A program made the translations under genes and the position numbers. Below the pieces are notes generated by a model. The model saw only the letters and a program-made list of their open reading frames with translations, had not been told where the DNA came from and searched no databases. Below are positions 50,921 through 58,958 of a DNA stretch of 64,000 nt, piece after piece (the first letter of the stretch is position 1; the number at the start of each line of letters is the position of its first letter). This DNA comes from Ardenticatenia bacterium. Lineage in GTDB: Bacteria; Chloroflexota; Anaerolineae; 4572-78; NAK82. The stretch spans positions 14,799 through 78,798 of the forward strand of contig QEXY01000005.1 of the NCBI GenBank assembly GCA_003130875.1, in the 5' to 3' direction.

Positions 50921-50949
50921 AGTATAGCATCCGTTTGCACACATGTCAA
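50921..50949 (-). promoter_or_regulatory. Consensus-like promoter on the minus strand (TTGACA, 17-nt spacer, TATACT) for the sugar/E1-E2 operon
   Basis: The -35 is the reverse complement of 50944-50949 and the -10 the reverse complement of 50921-50926. This implies a leader of about 225 nt before ATG 50688. Confidence 0.55.
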
Positions 50950-50954
50950 TCATA

Positions 50955-50968
50955 TGCACAATTGTGCA
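50955..50968. promoter_or_regulatory. Perfect 14-bp palindrome TGCACAATTGTGCA abutting the -35 (candidate operator)
   Basis: The palindrome is read directly from the sequence. An extra TGCACA half-site lies at 50936-50941 inside the spacer. Confidence 0.5.
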
Positions 50969-51083
50969 AATATAACAGAAAGTTTATGGAATAGAGGGTT
51001 GATCTAGGGTGGATGCTGGCGCAATTGATCGGGAGAATGGTGACTCAGGTAAGAGATTGTAGAGAGATACAGGAGGATAAATT

Positions 51084-51911
51084 CTATGGCATGTTAGAAG
51101 GTGTCGGGGTGGGCGTAAGGAGCAACGGGGAACCCTCGTCGACTTTTTCCCATATCTGATCGACCACCTGTCCCCTTTGTCCCATGCGTCCCATCGATTC
51201 TCCATTGACGATAGCTTCGACGCCGCCGGCGTTGCCAACCCGCACGGCCACCTGTTTCTGGCCATTCCAGTGCTTCGCCTCGCCTGGGCGCAAAATGCCC
51301 TCGAACTCTTTCACGCCATCTACAAACACCTGTACCCAGGACTCATCGGTGATGCGCAATTCCACCGTCACACCGGTGTAGTAGACCGGAGTCGACGTGT
51401 TCGTGGGAGTCGGCGTTAACGTGGGCAGCGGAGTAGGAGTGGGCAGGATAAACACCGCGTCCTCAGTGGGCAGCATCGATCCTCTTGCCTCTTCTAGCAG
51501 CGGCAACAGCCGTCCCTGAAAAACGTAGAAGGCGCCCACTAAGCCACCGACCACCACCAAAACCGCCAAAATGGCGACCAGGAAGTCGCTCGGGGTACGT
51601 CCTGAGGCGCCGATAGGGATGTCTTTGTATAAGATACCCTTCTCCGATAACATGGCGCCGTCGTCTGGGACATCGGGCGGGCGTGTGAGCCCTTCGAACA
51701 TGCCCACCAAAACTTCCGGATCCAGTTTGAGCACCGAAGCGTAGCTGCGCAGGAAACCACGCCCGACCACCGAGTCGGGCAGCTCTTCGAACCGCTCCTG
51801 CTCCAGCGCTTCTAAGTAGCGGCGTTGAATACACGTGATGGTTTGGACGTCCTCCAGGGTCAGGCCCAGCTCCTCACGTGAACGGCGCAACAGATCACCC
51901 AGCTCTTTCAC
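51084..51911 (-). CDS. rodZ: RodZ-like cytoskeleton protein (HTH, TM helix, PT-rich linker, DUF4115-like C-terminus)
   Basis: It has LGDLLRRSREELGLTLEDVQTITCIQRRYLEALE and one TM helix. The C-terminus ELRITDESWVQVFVDG...VRVGNAGGVEAIVNG fits DUF4115. The start codon is GTG. Confidence 0.75.
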   Translation of the reverse strand: MKELGDLLRRSREELGLTLEDVQTITCIQRRYLEALEQERFEELPDSVVGRGFLRSYASVLKLDPEVLVGMFEGLTRPPDVPDDGAMLSEKGILYKDIPIGASGRTPSDFLVAILAVLVVVGGLVGAFYVFQGRLLPLLEEARGSMLPTEDAVFILPTPTPLPTLTPTPTNTSTPVYYTGVTVELRITDESWVQVFVDGVKEFEGILRPGEAKHWNGQKQVAVRVGNAGGVEAIVNGESMGRMGQRGQVVDQIWEKVDEGSPLLLTPTPTPSNMP

Positions 51912-51961
51912 CCATCACCTCTGATTTGCACAGTACGGCATTTTTAGCATAAATGAGCCGG

Positions 51962-52006
51962 AAACAAAAGTCAAGGCTGACGAGGGTATTGAAAAAGTCC
52001 CTTGAC
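51962..52006 (-). terminator. Possible terminator-like hairpin on the minus strand between the proS-like gene and rodZ
   Basis: A 7-bp stem GTCAAGG/CCTTGAC (52006-52000 / 51976-51970) encloses a 23-nt loop. TTTTGTTT follows on the minus strand. Confidence 0.35.
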
Positions 52007-52173
52007 CGCTCAGATTTGCATAGGAAAATGGGCCAATAAAGCGGGTAACTAAAGAGTTTTTCAACACCCTCGGCTGACTCGTCGGGTAAACCCGAAAAGC
52101 TCTTCTAACGATCCAGTTCGGTCTATGTTTTGACGGCGCACAACAAGGTTGTACGGTCCGACAAACGCTGCGT

Positions 52174-53940
52174 TCACTGTCGGCTTCCCTTGTGAGAATT
52201 CTTTGGATTCAGGTGCATTTGAAGCGCTTCCCTGATCCATGGGACAACATTGGGCATAGCCACCTTGATCACCTCACCGCTGTGTCGCCACTTCACCTCG
52301 ACCGTGCCTTCTGAGATGCCGCGTTCTCCAACGGCAAGGCGCAGTGGTAGTCCGATCAGGTCGGCATCGTGAAATTTCACCCCCGCCCTTTCATCCCGGT
52401 CGTCGTACAATACACGCACCCCTGCCTTGTGGAGCTCGGTGTGTAACCTGTCCGCCACCTCGCTCACCTCGGGACTGTGCCGGCCCAATGTCATCAGATA
52501 GACGTCGTACGGAGCCATAAAAGCAGGCCATATCAGACCCATTGCGTCGTGATGGATTTCAGCCACTGCCGCAATCAAACGATCTATATAGAAACGGTAG
52601 CGAGCCAGCAAAACCGGCCGTGTCGTGCCGGATGGATCGAGATAAGCCACGTGGTATGCCTGGGCGGCTGCATGATCCAAACCGCCTACGACCCCCAGCT
52701 CGACCCCATGTTCCAGCTGCAGCGATGTGGTACAGGAGGGACAGAGATCACCCGCTTGTGCCATAGCGATGTCTGCGGTATAGCTCGCCTGATAATCACG
52801 ACCGTAGTTAACATTTAACAGGTGATAGCCCGACCGGTTGGCACCCGCAACCAGGTTGGGAGAATGTACAACCAGGTGATCCACCACCACTTGGGCTCCC
52901 GTGATGCCAAGTGGTGAACCGTATCCCGGCTCTGCACCGAGTGCTCTGATTTCTTCCTCTGTGGCTGGCCGTAAGTTGGGTACACCGAGCAGGCGCTTCA
53001 GCTTGAGTGGGCTGAGCTCGGTGTCGCCCCGCACCACTGCGATGACAGGACGCTTGACGGTCTCCCTTTCTTCTGCTACTAGAAACAAGGACTTTGCCGT
53101 GCGGGATGGTGAAATCTGCAGCCAGGTGCACAACGCGGCGATCGTTTTGCAATCCGGCGTGGCCACTTCCTGCAATGGCTGCGGTGACTCGGCGGATAAA
53201 GCAGGTTTCCTGACCGGTGCAATGGTCTGATCACATGTCCAACCGCATCCGCTGCAGATGAGAAGCGCGTATTCGCCACGCTCCCATGGCCAGATCAACC
53301 GGTACGCGGTCGGATGTCCTGCTGCATTAACATCAACTATGACACGACGGACCGATATCTCCGCACGTTCGATCAAGTCCACCCAGCCATCCAGGACGTT
53401 GCGCAACCATCCATCCAAGTCCTCTTCGTCTGAGTGGAAGCTGTAGGCGTCCAACACCATCGCCTCGCGGCTGGCAAGCAAACCCCATGTGGTTCGTATT
53501 TCAGGCTCAGGCGCCTGCCAGAATAGGTACAACAGAACAGGCAGCTGGCGATAGGATTGGACGAGGTTTCTCGAAAGGGTCAGTATCAGCGGCTCATGAC
53601 CGGGTAGGAGTGCCCAGGTGCGATATTCTTCTGCACCACAAGTCACCGCGTGCTGTAACGGAGCGGCCCAGCCCGGGAATGTCCCTGTGGCCTGTCCTTC
53701 CATCACTTCGAGTGGCTGCAACACCGGTAAGCCGACCTCCTGGCTACCCCATTCTTCCATAAGGTGCGCTAAGGTACGTTGCAGTTGCTGGCGCACCTGG
53801 ACTCCCAACGGCAGAAAAACATGCGCGCCCGACGAAATGGAGCGCACGAAGCCGCCGCGCAGCAGAAACTGATAGCCCGGCAACGCGATATCGGTTGAGG
53901 CTTGGCGCATGGTCTGGAAGAGTAGTTGGCTGATCCGCAT
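52174..53940 (-). CDS. Bacterial-type prolyl-tRNA synthetase homolog with degenerate catalytic motifs (predicted non-aminoacylating). The INS editing and anticodon-binding domains are retained.
   Basis: It is colinear with E. coli ProRS as I recall that sequence (MRISQLLFQT..., INS with TAKSLFLV and GANRSGYHLLNVNYGRD, C-terminal YDDRDERAGVKFHDADLIGLP). Motif 2 FRDEVRPRFG..REF reads PEPEIRTTWG..REA. GHIFQLGTKYS reads GVVGGLDHAAA. Motif 3 CYGIGVTR reads RYRFYIDR. Confidence 0.75.
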   Translation of the reverse strand: MRISQLLFQTMRQASTDIALPGYQFLLRGGFVRSISSGAHVFLPLGVQVRQQLQRTLAHLMEEWGSQEVGLPVLQPLEVMEGQATGTFPGWAAPLQHAVTCGAEEYRTWALLPGHEPLILTLSRNLVQSYRQLPVLLYLFWQAPEPEIRTTWGLLASREAMVLDAYSFHSDEEDLDGWLRNVLDGWVDLIERAEISVRRVIVDVNAAGHPTAYRLIWPWERGEYALLICSGCGWTCDQTIAPVRKPALSAESPQPLQEVATPDCKTIAALCTWLQISPSRTAKSLFLVAEERETVKRPVIAVVRGDTELSPLKLKRLLGVPNLRPATEEEIRALGAEPGYGSPLGITGAQVVVDHLVVHSPNLVAGANRSGYHLLNVNYGRDYQASYTADIAMAQAGDLCPSCTTSLQLEHGVELGVVGGLDHAAAQAYHVAYLDPSGTTRPVLLARYRFYIDRLIAAVAEIHHDAMGLIWPAFMAPYDVYLMTLGRHSPEVSEVADRLHTELHKAGVRVLYDDRDERAGVKFHDADLIGLPLRLAVGERGISEGTVEVKWRHSGEVIKVAMPNVVPWIREALQMHLNPKNSHKGSRQ

Positions 53941-54011
53941 AGAATATTACTCCTGATCTAGGGTATCCTTCGCGCCTTGACGGATGGCAACATCACGCTT
54001 ATAAAGGAATT

Positions 54012-54497
54012 ATGACCGCTGCCAAGGATAAAACTAACGCATTGCGTCTCCTGGAAGCGCACCATGTTTCACATCAGATCTTCACTTTCTCGCCTGAGAT
54101 CCACTCCGCCGTAGAAGTGGCTCAGGTGCTCGGCTTACCGCCCCACGAGGTGTACAAAACGCTCGTGGTGCTGCGCTCACAAGGCCGGCCTCTGTTGGTG
54201 ATGATCGCCGGCGACTGTGAACTCGATCTCAAGCGCGTTGCCGCTGCCCTGGGTGAGAAAAAAGTGCGCATGGCAACCCAACGCGAGGCGGAAAATTTGA
54301 CCGGTCTCCAAGTGGGTGGCATCTCCGCCTTGGCCTTGTTGGGCCGCCCCTTTGACGTGTTCATCGACCGTTCGGCACTGGCACTCCAGCACATTGTGGT
54401 GAGCGCCGGGAAACGCGGTATGAACGTGCGCCTAGCCGTGGATGATTTGTTGCGTGTGACACGTGCCCGTGTCATCGAAGCAACCACAACCGGATGA
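54012..54497 (+). CDS. ybaK: Cys-tRNA(Pro)/Cys-tRNA(Cys) deacylase YbaK
   Basis: 161 aa. The key contexts are conserved: YKTLVV (catalytic Lys), GGISAL and SAGKRG. Confidence 0.85.
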   Translation: MTAAKDKTNALRLLEAHHVSHQIFTFSPEIHSAVEVAQVLGLPPHEVYKTLVVLRSQGRPLLVMIAGDCELDLKRVAAALGEKKVRMATQREAENLTGLQVGGISALALLGRPFDVFIDRSALALQHIVVSAGKRGMNVRLAVDDLLRVTRARVIEATTTG

Positions 54498-54501
54498 GCG
54501 C

Positions 54502-55689
54502 TCATGGCAAGAGCGCCGCCATAGTGCGGCGCGCAATGGACATCGCTGCCGAGCGATTTTCTTCATCCTCAAGCACCAAGGCAAAAGCCACCTGGGGATG
54601 GGTGGCCGGCGCGTAGCCCACCAACCAAGTAAGAGAAGCACGGCCTGTTTCCACTGGCAATGCTACGCCGATCCAGCTCGCTATCCCGTCGTAAGCCGGT
54701 GTGAGAGCTCGCAGGGTGTGCGCGACATTCTCAGAGAAGACACGCTCCATCCCAGCCAGCTCTGTGGAATGTTGTAGCACAGGTACAGGCATCTGCCCAT
54801 CTCCGGCCACAGCTGCGGCAAAACGGGCCATGTGCAGCGGGGTGACGGCCAGGTCGCGCTCGGTTGTACGTCCGTCGAAGCTGGGCAACCGACCCGAACT
54901 GGCCGGCAAAGCGATAGGGGGCGTCTGGGTGAAACCAAGCTGGTGTGCCGTGGCCACATAGCCCATCCGGCTCAGTGGCGCCAGCAAAACGGCAAGCGAA
55001 ACTTCCGATGGACGGGAAGGGGTGGTGATCCCTGCGCTGAGCAGTCCGGCCAGGCCAATCCAGCGTGCCAGATCGCCCACCGGATAGATTCCCTGGGTGG
55101 CGCGGTTTAGCAATGGAGCGGACGGGTCGGCTATCAGATCTTCCCACGTCTCATCCAGGCGGTTTGGTTCGTAAGAAGGATGACTCACCATAGCAAGCAA
55201 CGCCCCACTGGCGATGTCAAGCGCGATGAATGTGCCGATGTGGTCGCCCAACTCCGTGTCGGCGATGCGCATAGCTGTCAGGTCAGCACTCAACATGACA
55301 TCCTCACCCCGTTGGGGACGGTGGAGCAGCTCTTCCAGACGGTTGCGCTTGCCGCGCAGGATAGAATCAAACACTGCCTCGCAACCGCCGGTGCCATAGC
55401 GCAGGCTATAGTAACCCACCAGATGCGCTGTTGCTGTTTCCGGGTAATGGCGATGAAACACAGGAACGTTGCCCGGACCGTGCTCTGGCGCCGAATAGGC
55501 GAGCACCATTCCGGAACGGTCTAAGAGTCGCCCCCTTTGGATCTGTCGTTCTGCCTGGACGAGGCGCGGATTGTCCGCACGTACCACCAACTGGGGGGCC
55601 TGGATCACCTGCCAGTAAGCAAGGGCCCCTGCCACGACAAAGAAGCTCAGCAGCAATGCACGCATCAGACGGATGACGGCAACCGTCAC
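54502..55689 (-). CDS. Class B penicillin-binding-protein homolog lacking all three catalytic motifs (predicted pseudo-transpeptidase)
   Basis: It has an N-terminal TM helix and a pedestal-like region, then LLAMVSHPSYEPN and NRATQGIYPVGDLARW, where E. coli PBP2 has NRATQGVYPPASTVKP. SxN/D reads SRM and KTG/KSG reads SWIG. The C-terminal APATHPQVAFALVLE is conserved. Confidence 0.8.
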   Translation of the reverse strand: MTVAVIRLMRALLLSFFVVAGALAYWQVIQAPQLVVRADNPRLVQAERQIQRGRLLDRSGMVLAYSAPEHGPGNVPVFHRHYPETATAHLVGYYSLRYGTGGCEAVFDSILRGKRNRLEELLHRPQRGEDVMLSADLTAMRIADTELGDHIGTFIALDIASGALLAMVSHPSYEPNRLDETWEDLIADPSAPLLNRATQGIYPVGDLARWIGLAGLLSAGITTPSRPSEVSLAVLLAPLSRMGYVATAHQLGFTQTPPIALPASSGRLPSFDGRTTERDLAVTPLHMARFAAAVAGDGQMPVPVLQHSTELAGMERVFSENVAHTLRALTPAYDGIASWIGVALPVETGRASLTWLVGYAPATHPQVAFALVLEDEENRSAAMSIARRTMAALLP

Positions 55690-57026
55690 ATCTTCTCCCC
55701 TCTTGAATGCTGCAGAGCAATCGCGTGACTGGAGAGGCGGAGCAACAACCCCACCATTGTCATGCTGACCAACAGCGAGCTTCCTCCATAGCTGATAAAC
55801 GGGAGGGTCACACCGGTCAAGGGGATCATTTTCAGGGTACCCGCCATAATCACCAGCGACTGCAGACCGAACAGCGCGCCAATGCCGACGGCCAACAACC
55901 GTTCGAACATGCGCTGGCAGGATAACGCGATCCGAAACGCGCGGGAGACCAGCAGCATAAAAGCTACTACCAGACCCAAAGTGCCGATCAATCCATACTC
56001 TTCGCCCACCGCTGCGAAGACAAAATCAGTGTGTACCACTGGGATGGCACCGGGCAATCCTTGGCCAAGCCCTTGCCCGAAAACACCACCGCTGGCAAAC
56101 GCCAACAACGCCTGCACGATCTGAAACGAGCGTCCGGAGGCTTCCTCCCATGGATTCAGCCAGGCATCCACCCGAAGCGCCACAACGTCGAATATGTGGT
56201 AACCCACCGCTCCTGCCCCGATCAGCAGTATGCAGCTGGCTAATACATAGATCCCTTGCCCCGTTGCGGCATAGAACATTGCCAGGAACACCCCAAAGAA
56301 TAACACAGCTGCTCCCAGGTCACGCTGCCAGAGCAAAAGCACTATGCTGAATCCCCACATAAATAGCAGGGGGCTGACATAGGCTGGATGGGGAATACGC
56401 CAGCGATGCAACTGCACATTGACCTCGACCAATGCAGCTTGTCTTTGGGATAGGTAGCTGGCCAGGAACACGATCATCAACAGTTTGAGCAGTTCGGAGG
56501 GTTGGAAGTAAAACCCCGCAGCTCCCAACCACAGGCGTGCACCAGCTCCACTGGGATTGACACCCAGGAAAAAGGTCATCCCCAAGAGGAACAGACCTAG
56601 CAGGAGCCATGTGTAACGAAAGCGCTCTAACCAACGTAATCCTTGCGGAAGGAGAGCGGCCCCTAGCAGCGCACCACTGCCCAGCACCATCCAGAGGGTC
56701 TGACGCAGGAGAAACACAGGTGGCGCCAGACGAGCCACCTCCGCCAGACCCCAGCCGATCAGCAGGGTGATCAGAGGCAATAGCACGCGGTCATAATAAG
56801 GCAATTGCCGTTGCAGCAGCCAAGTAGCAGCCAGTGCACAGACTGCCAAGAGTGCCGGCGCCATAAAGCGTGCCGGTGTCAGCTGGGCATCCTCCACAAG
56901 GGAGAGCTGCACGAATGCTACAAAAGTAAAAATCAAAGGAAGCCCGCTGACCAGCACTGACCATCCCATCCACTCTCGGGTGAGCAATATCCCTTGTGAA
57001 CGTATATCAAGATGAACGCTCATCAC
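55686..57026 (-). CDS. ftsW: SEDS-family peptidoglycan polymerase (FtsW/RodA)
   Basis: It has about 10 TM helices and the conserved PVVHTDFVFAAVGEEYG segment. It overlaps the PBP-like gene by 4 nt. Confidence 0.85.
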   Translation of the reverse strand: MMSVHLDIRSQGILLTREWMGWSVLVSGLPLIFTFVAFVQLSLVEDAQLTPARFMAPALLAVCALAATWLLQRQLPYYDRVLLPLITLLIGWGLAEVARLAPPVFLLRQTLWMVLGSGALLGAALLPQGLRWLERFRYTWLLLGLFLLGMTFFLGVNPSGAGARLWLGAAGFYFQPSELLKLLMIVFLASYLSQRQAALVEVNVQLHRWRIPHPAYVSPLLFMWGFSIVLLLWQRDLGAAVLFFGVFLAMFYAATGQGIYVLASCILLIGAGAVGYHIFDVVALRVDAWLNPWEEASGRSFQIVQALLAFASGGVFGQGLGQGLPGAIPVVHTDFVFAAVGEEYGLIGTLGLVVAFMLLVSRAFRIALSCQRMFERLLAVGIGALFGLQSLVIMAGTLKMIPLTGVTLPFISYGGSSLLVSMTMVGLLLRLSSHAIALQHSRGEKM

Positions 57027-57098
57027 TCACCTGGATGGCTGGTCATCTGTCACCGGCTTCCGTGGGAAAAGTCGGACAAACGCCTGGAGCAACACACG

Positions 57099-57971
57099 TC
57101 ACGGGTGTGCTTTGAGATACTTGCCAATTAAAAGGTCCAGATTCTTCTTTAGATGCTCTGGGATGCACTCAGACCGGGTGATGATAGCATCGCGCAGGGC
57201 ATGCTGACATGGGCAATCGAACTCGGATGGAAGCAGCTCCACCAAGTTTTTGATCGCCTGTTTCGCGATGGCTGCGTTCGCCATCAAGTTTTGGATAATG
57301 GCTTCGACAGTCACCGGCTCCTCTGCCTCGTGCCACACGTCATAATCGGTGACGTGGGCCATCGTGGCATAGCACATCTCCGCTTCGCGTGCCAGTTGTG
57401 CCTCGGGTATCGCGGTCATTCCGATGATGTCCATTCCCCACTGACGATAGACGCGGCTTTCTGCCTTGGTGCTGAAACGTGGTCCCTCGATGGTGATGAA
57501 CGCTCCTCCGTTGTGTACCCTGGCCCCGGTTGCTTTCACCGCTTGGTACAACAAAGCGGACAATCGGCTACAGAACGGCTCGGCGAAGCTGATATGTACC
57601 ACCAACCCGTTGCCGAAGAAGCTGAGCGGGCGTCCGCGCGTACGGTCAAACAGCTGGTCAGGAATGACCACGTCGCGGGGAGCAAAGTCCTCGCGCAAGC
57701 TGCCACAGGCGCTTACTGAGATGATCTGGGTCGCTCCCAGCTTTTTCAGGGCATAGATGTTGGCTCGACTGTTCAGCTCGCCAGGGCTGATGCGGTGACC
57801 GCGTCCATGGCGGGGCAAGAAGGCCAATCGCCGGCCGCCCAAGGTGCCAACGATGATGGCATCGGAAGGCTCTCCAAACGGCGTGTGCAGCTTGACCTCT
57901 TCAACGTCGGTCAGCTCCTCTATCTCATAAATACCCGAACCACCGATGACCGCGAGTGTGACCGGTTCCAT
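57099..57971 (-). CDS. mtnP: S-methyl-5'-thioadenosine phosphorylase
   Basis: It has AVIGGSG, FLPRHGRGH and TMAHVTDYDVW, with a length of 290 aa. Confidence 0.9.
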   Translation of the reverse strand: MEPVTLAVIGGSGIYEIEELTDVEEVKLHTPFGEPSDAIIVGTLGGRRLAFLPRHGRGHRISPGELNSRANIYALKKLGATQIISVSACGSLREDFAPRDVVIPDQLFDRTRGRPLSFFGNGLVVHISFAEPFCSRLSALLYQAVKATGARVHNGGAFITIEGPRFSTKAESRVYRQWGMDIIGMTAIPEAQLAREAEMCYATMAHVTDYDVWHEAEEPVTVEAIIQNLMANAAIAKQAIKNLVELLPSEFDCPCQHALRDAIITRSECIPEHLKKNLDLLIGKYLKAHP

Positions 57972-57984
57972 AAAGAAGTGCCTC

Positions 57985-58482
57985 CTATTTTGGGGTTGTA
58001 TTAAGATCTAGATGGGCTGTCCCATCACCTGTCTCAAACCGCAGCTTCAATCGGCCGAGGCCGATGACATCTCCTTTTGTCAAGGGGGTTGTCTCCGTGA
58101 CCAGTGCGTCGTTCAGACGTGTGCCATTGCGGCTGCCCAAGTCGGTCAACCACCACTGACCTGCGCGGTTATCGATACGCGCGTGGTATGCCGAAACCCA
58201 CTCATCGCGGAGCACGATCTGATTGTCCTCTGCGCGGCCCAACATAGCCGGCGGAAGCACCACAAAGACCGTCTCAGATTGCGACGGCATGTCTGCGTCG
58301 GGCACCATCCGCAACCAGGCGATCGGTTTTTCACCCGCACCTACTGTGTTACGTCTCCCCTGCGGATCACTTGTCACCGTCTGGATATCGCGCCAGATCA
58401 GATATGCGACGAGCAGCAGAAAAGCGTACAGGATGAGCACTGCCAATACGCGCAGAATCAACAGCACCCATTCCATGTCCAC
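57985..58482 (-). CDS. FhaB/FipA-like protein: N-terminal TM helix plus C-terminal FHA domain
   Basis: The FHA signature is LGRAEDNQIVL...VSAYHARI...LTDLGSRNGTRLN. Confidence 0.8.
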   Translation of the reverse strand: MDMEWVLLILRVLAVLILYAFLLLVAYLIWRDIQTVTSDPQGRRNTVGAGEKPIAWLRMVPDADMPSQSETVFVVLPPAMLGRAEDNQIVLRDEWVSAYHARIDNRAGQWWLTDLGSRNGTRLNDALVTETTPLTKGDVIGLGRLKLRFETGDGTAHLDLNTTPK

Positions 58483-58488
58483 AGAGCA

Positions 58489-58935
58489 TTACCTCGTTGG
58501 GTCAGCCGGCCGCGTCTCGTCTAGCCATCTCCCTGTCGCACGCATTGCAAAACCGGACGCACCTGCGTCGTCGCTCCAAAAGGCGTGCACCTCAGCGCGG
58601 CCAGGTGACACGCGGGGTTCCAGCTGCAGCAAAATTGATGGCGGGACGACAAAACGTCCTCCGGCCTCCCGAGCGATGCGGTGCAAACACTGGTATAAAC
58701 CGCTCAACAGCTCTTCCTGGTTGCCCTCAAGCGCTTTCCAATCAGCAGGGTGCAACACGACCCGATAGCGGTCCGGAAAGACAAGTTGTGAGCCTATGGT
58801 AAGGCACTTGTCCTCCATCGCTTGGGCGATGTCACGGATCAGATCGCTCCAATGGATCGGCACAGGAAAGAGCGAACCGAAGGCACGCTCGATGAGCTGT
58901 TCCACCAACGCTTCAAGTTGTTCGATGCCTGCCAT
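58489..58935 (-). CDS. DUF3662 (FhaA N-terminal domain-like) protein without an FHA domain
   Basis: 148 aa. The pattern LEALVEQLIERAFGSLF...FPDRYRVVLHPADW resembles the N-terminal domain of mycobacterial FhaA as I recall it. Confidence 0.6.
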   Translation of the reverse strand: MAGIEQLEALVEQLIERAFGSLFPVPIHWSDLIRDIAQAMEDKCLTIGSQLVFPDRYRVVLHPADWKALEGNQEELLSGLYQCLHRIAREAGGRFVVPPSILLQLEPRVSPGRAEVHAFWSDDAGASGFAMRATGRWLDETRPADPTR

Positions 58936-58958
58936 ATTTTAGATTATAACACGTCGGT

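Noticed and set aside
50984-51265. A 93-aa minus-strand ORF overlapping the 3' end of rodZ
   Set aside because: It overlaps the rodZ C-terminal domain in a different frame and extends into the spacer. It has no motifs or translation signals.
53941-54011. A possible T-box or attenuator leader upstream of the proS-like gene
   Set aside because: The divergent spacer to ybaK is only 71 bp. That is too short for a T-box riboswitch, and I saw no specifier or terminator structure.
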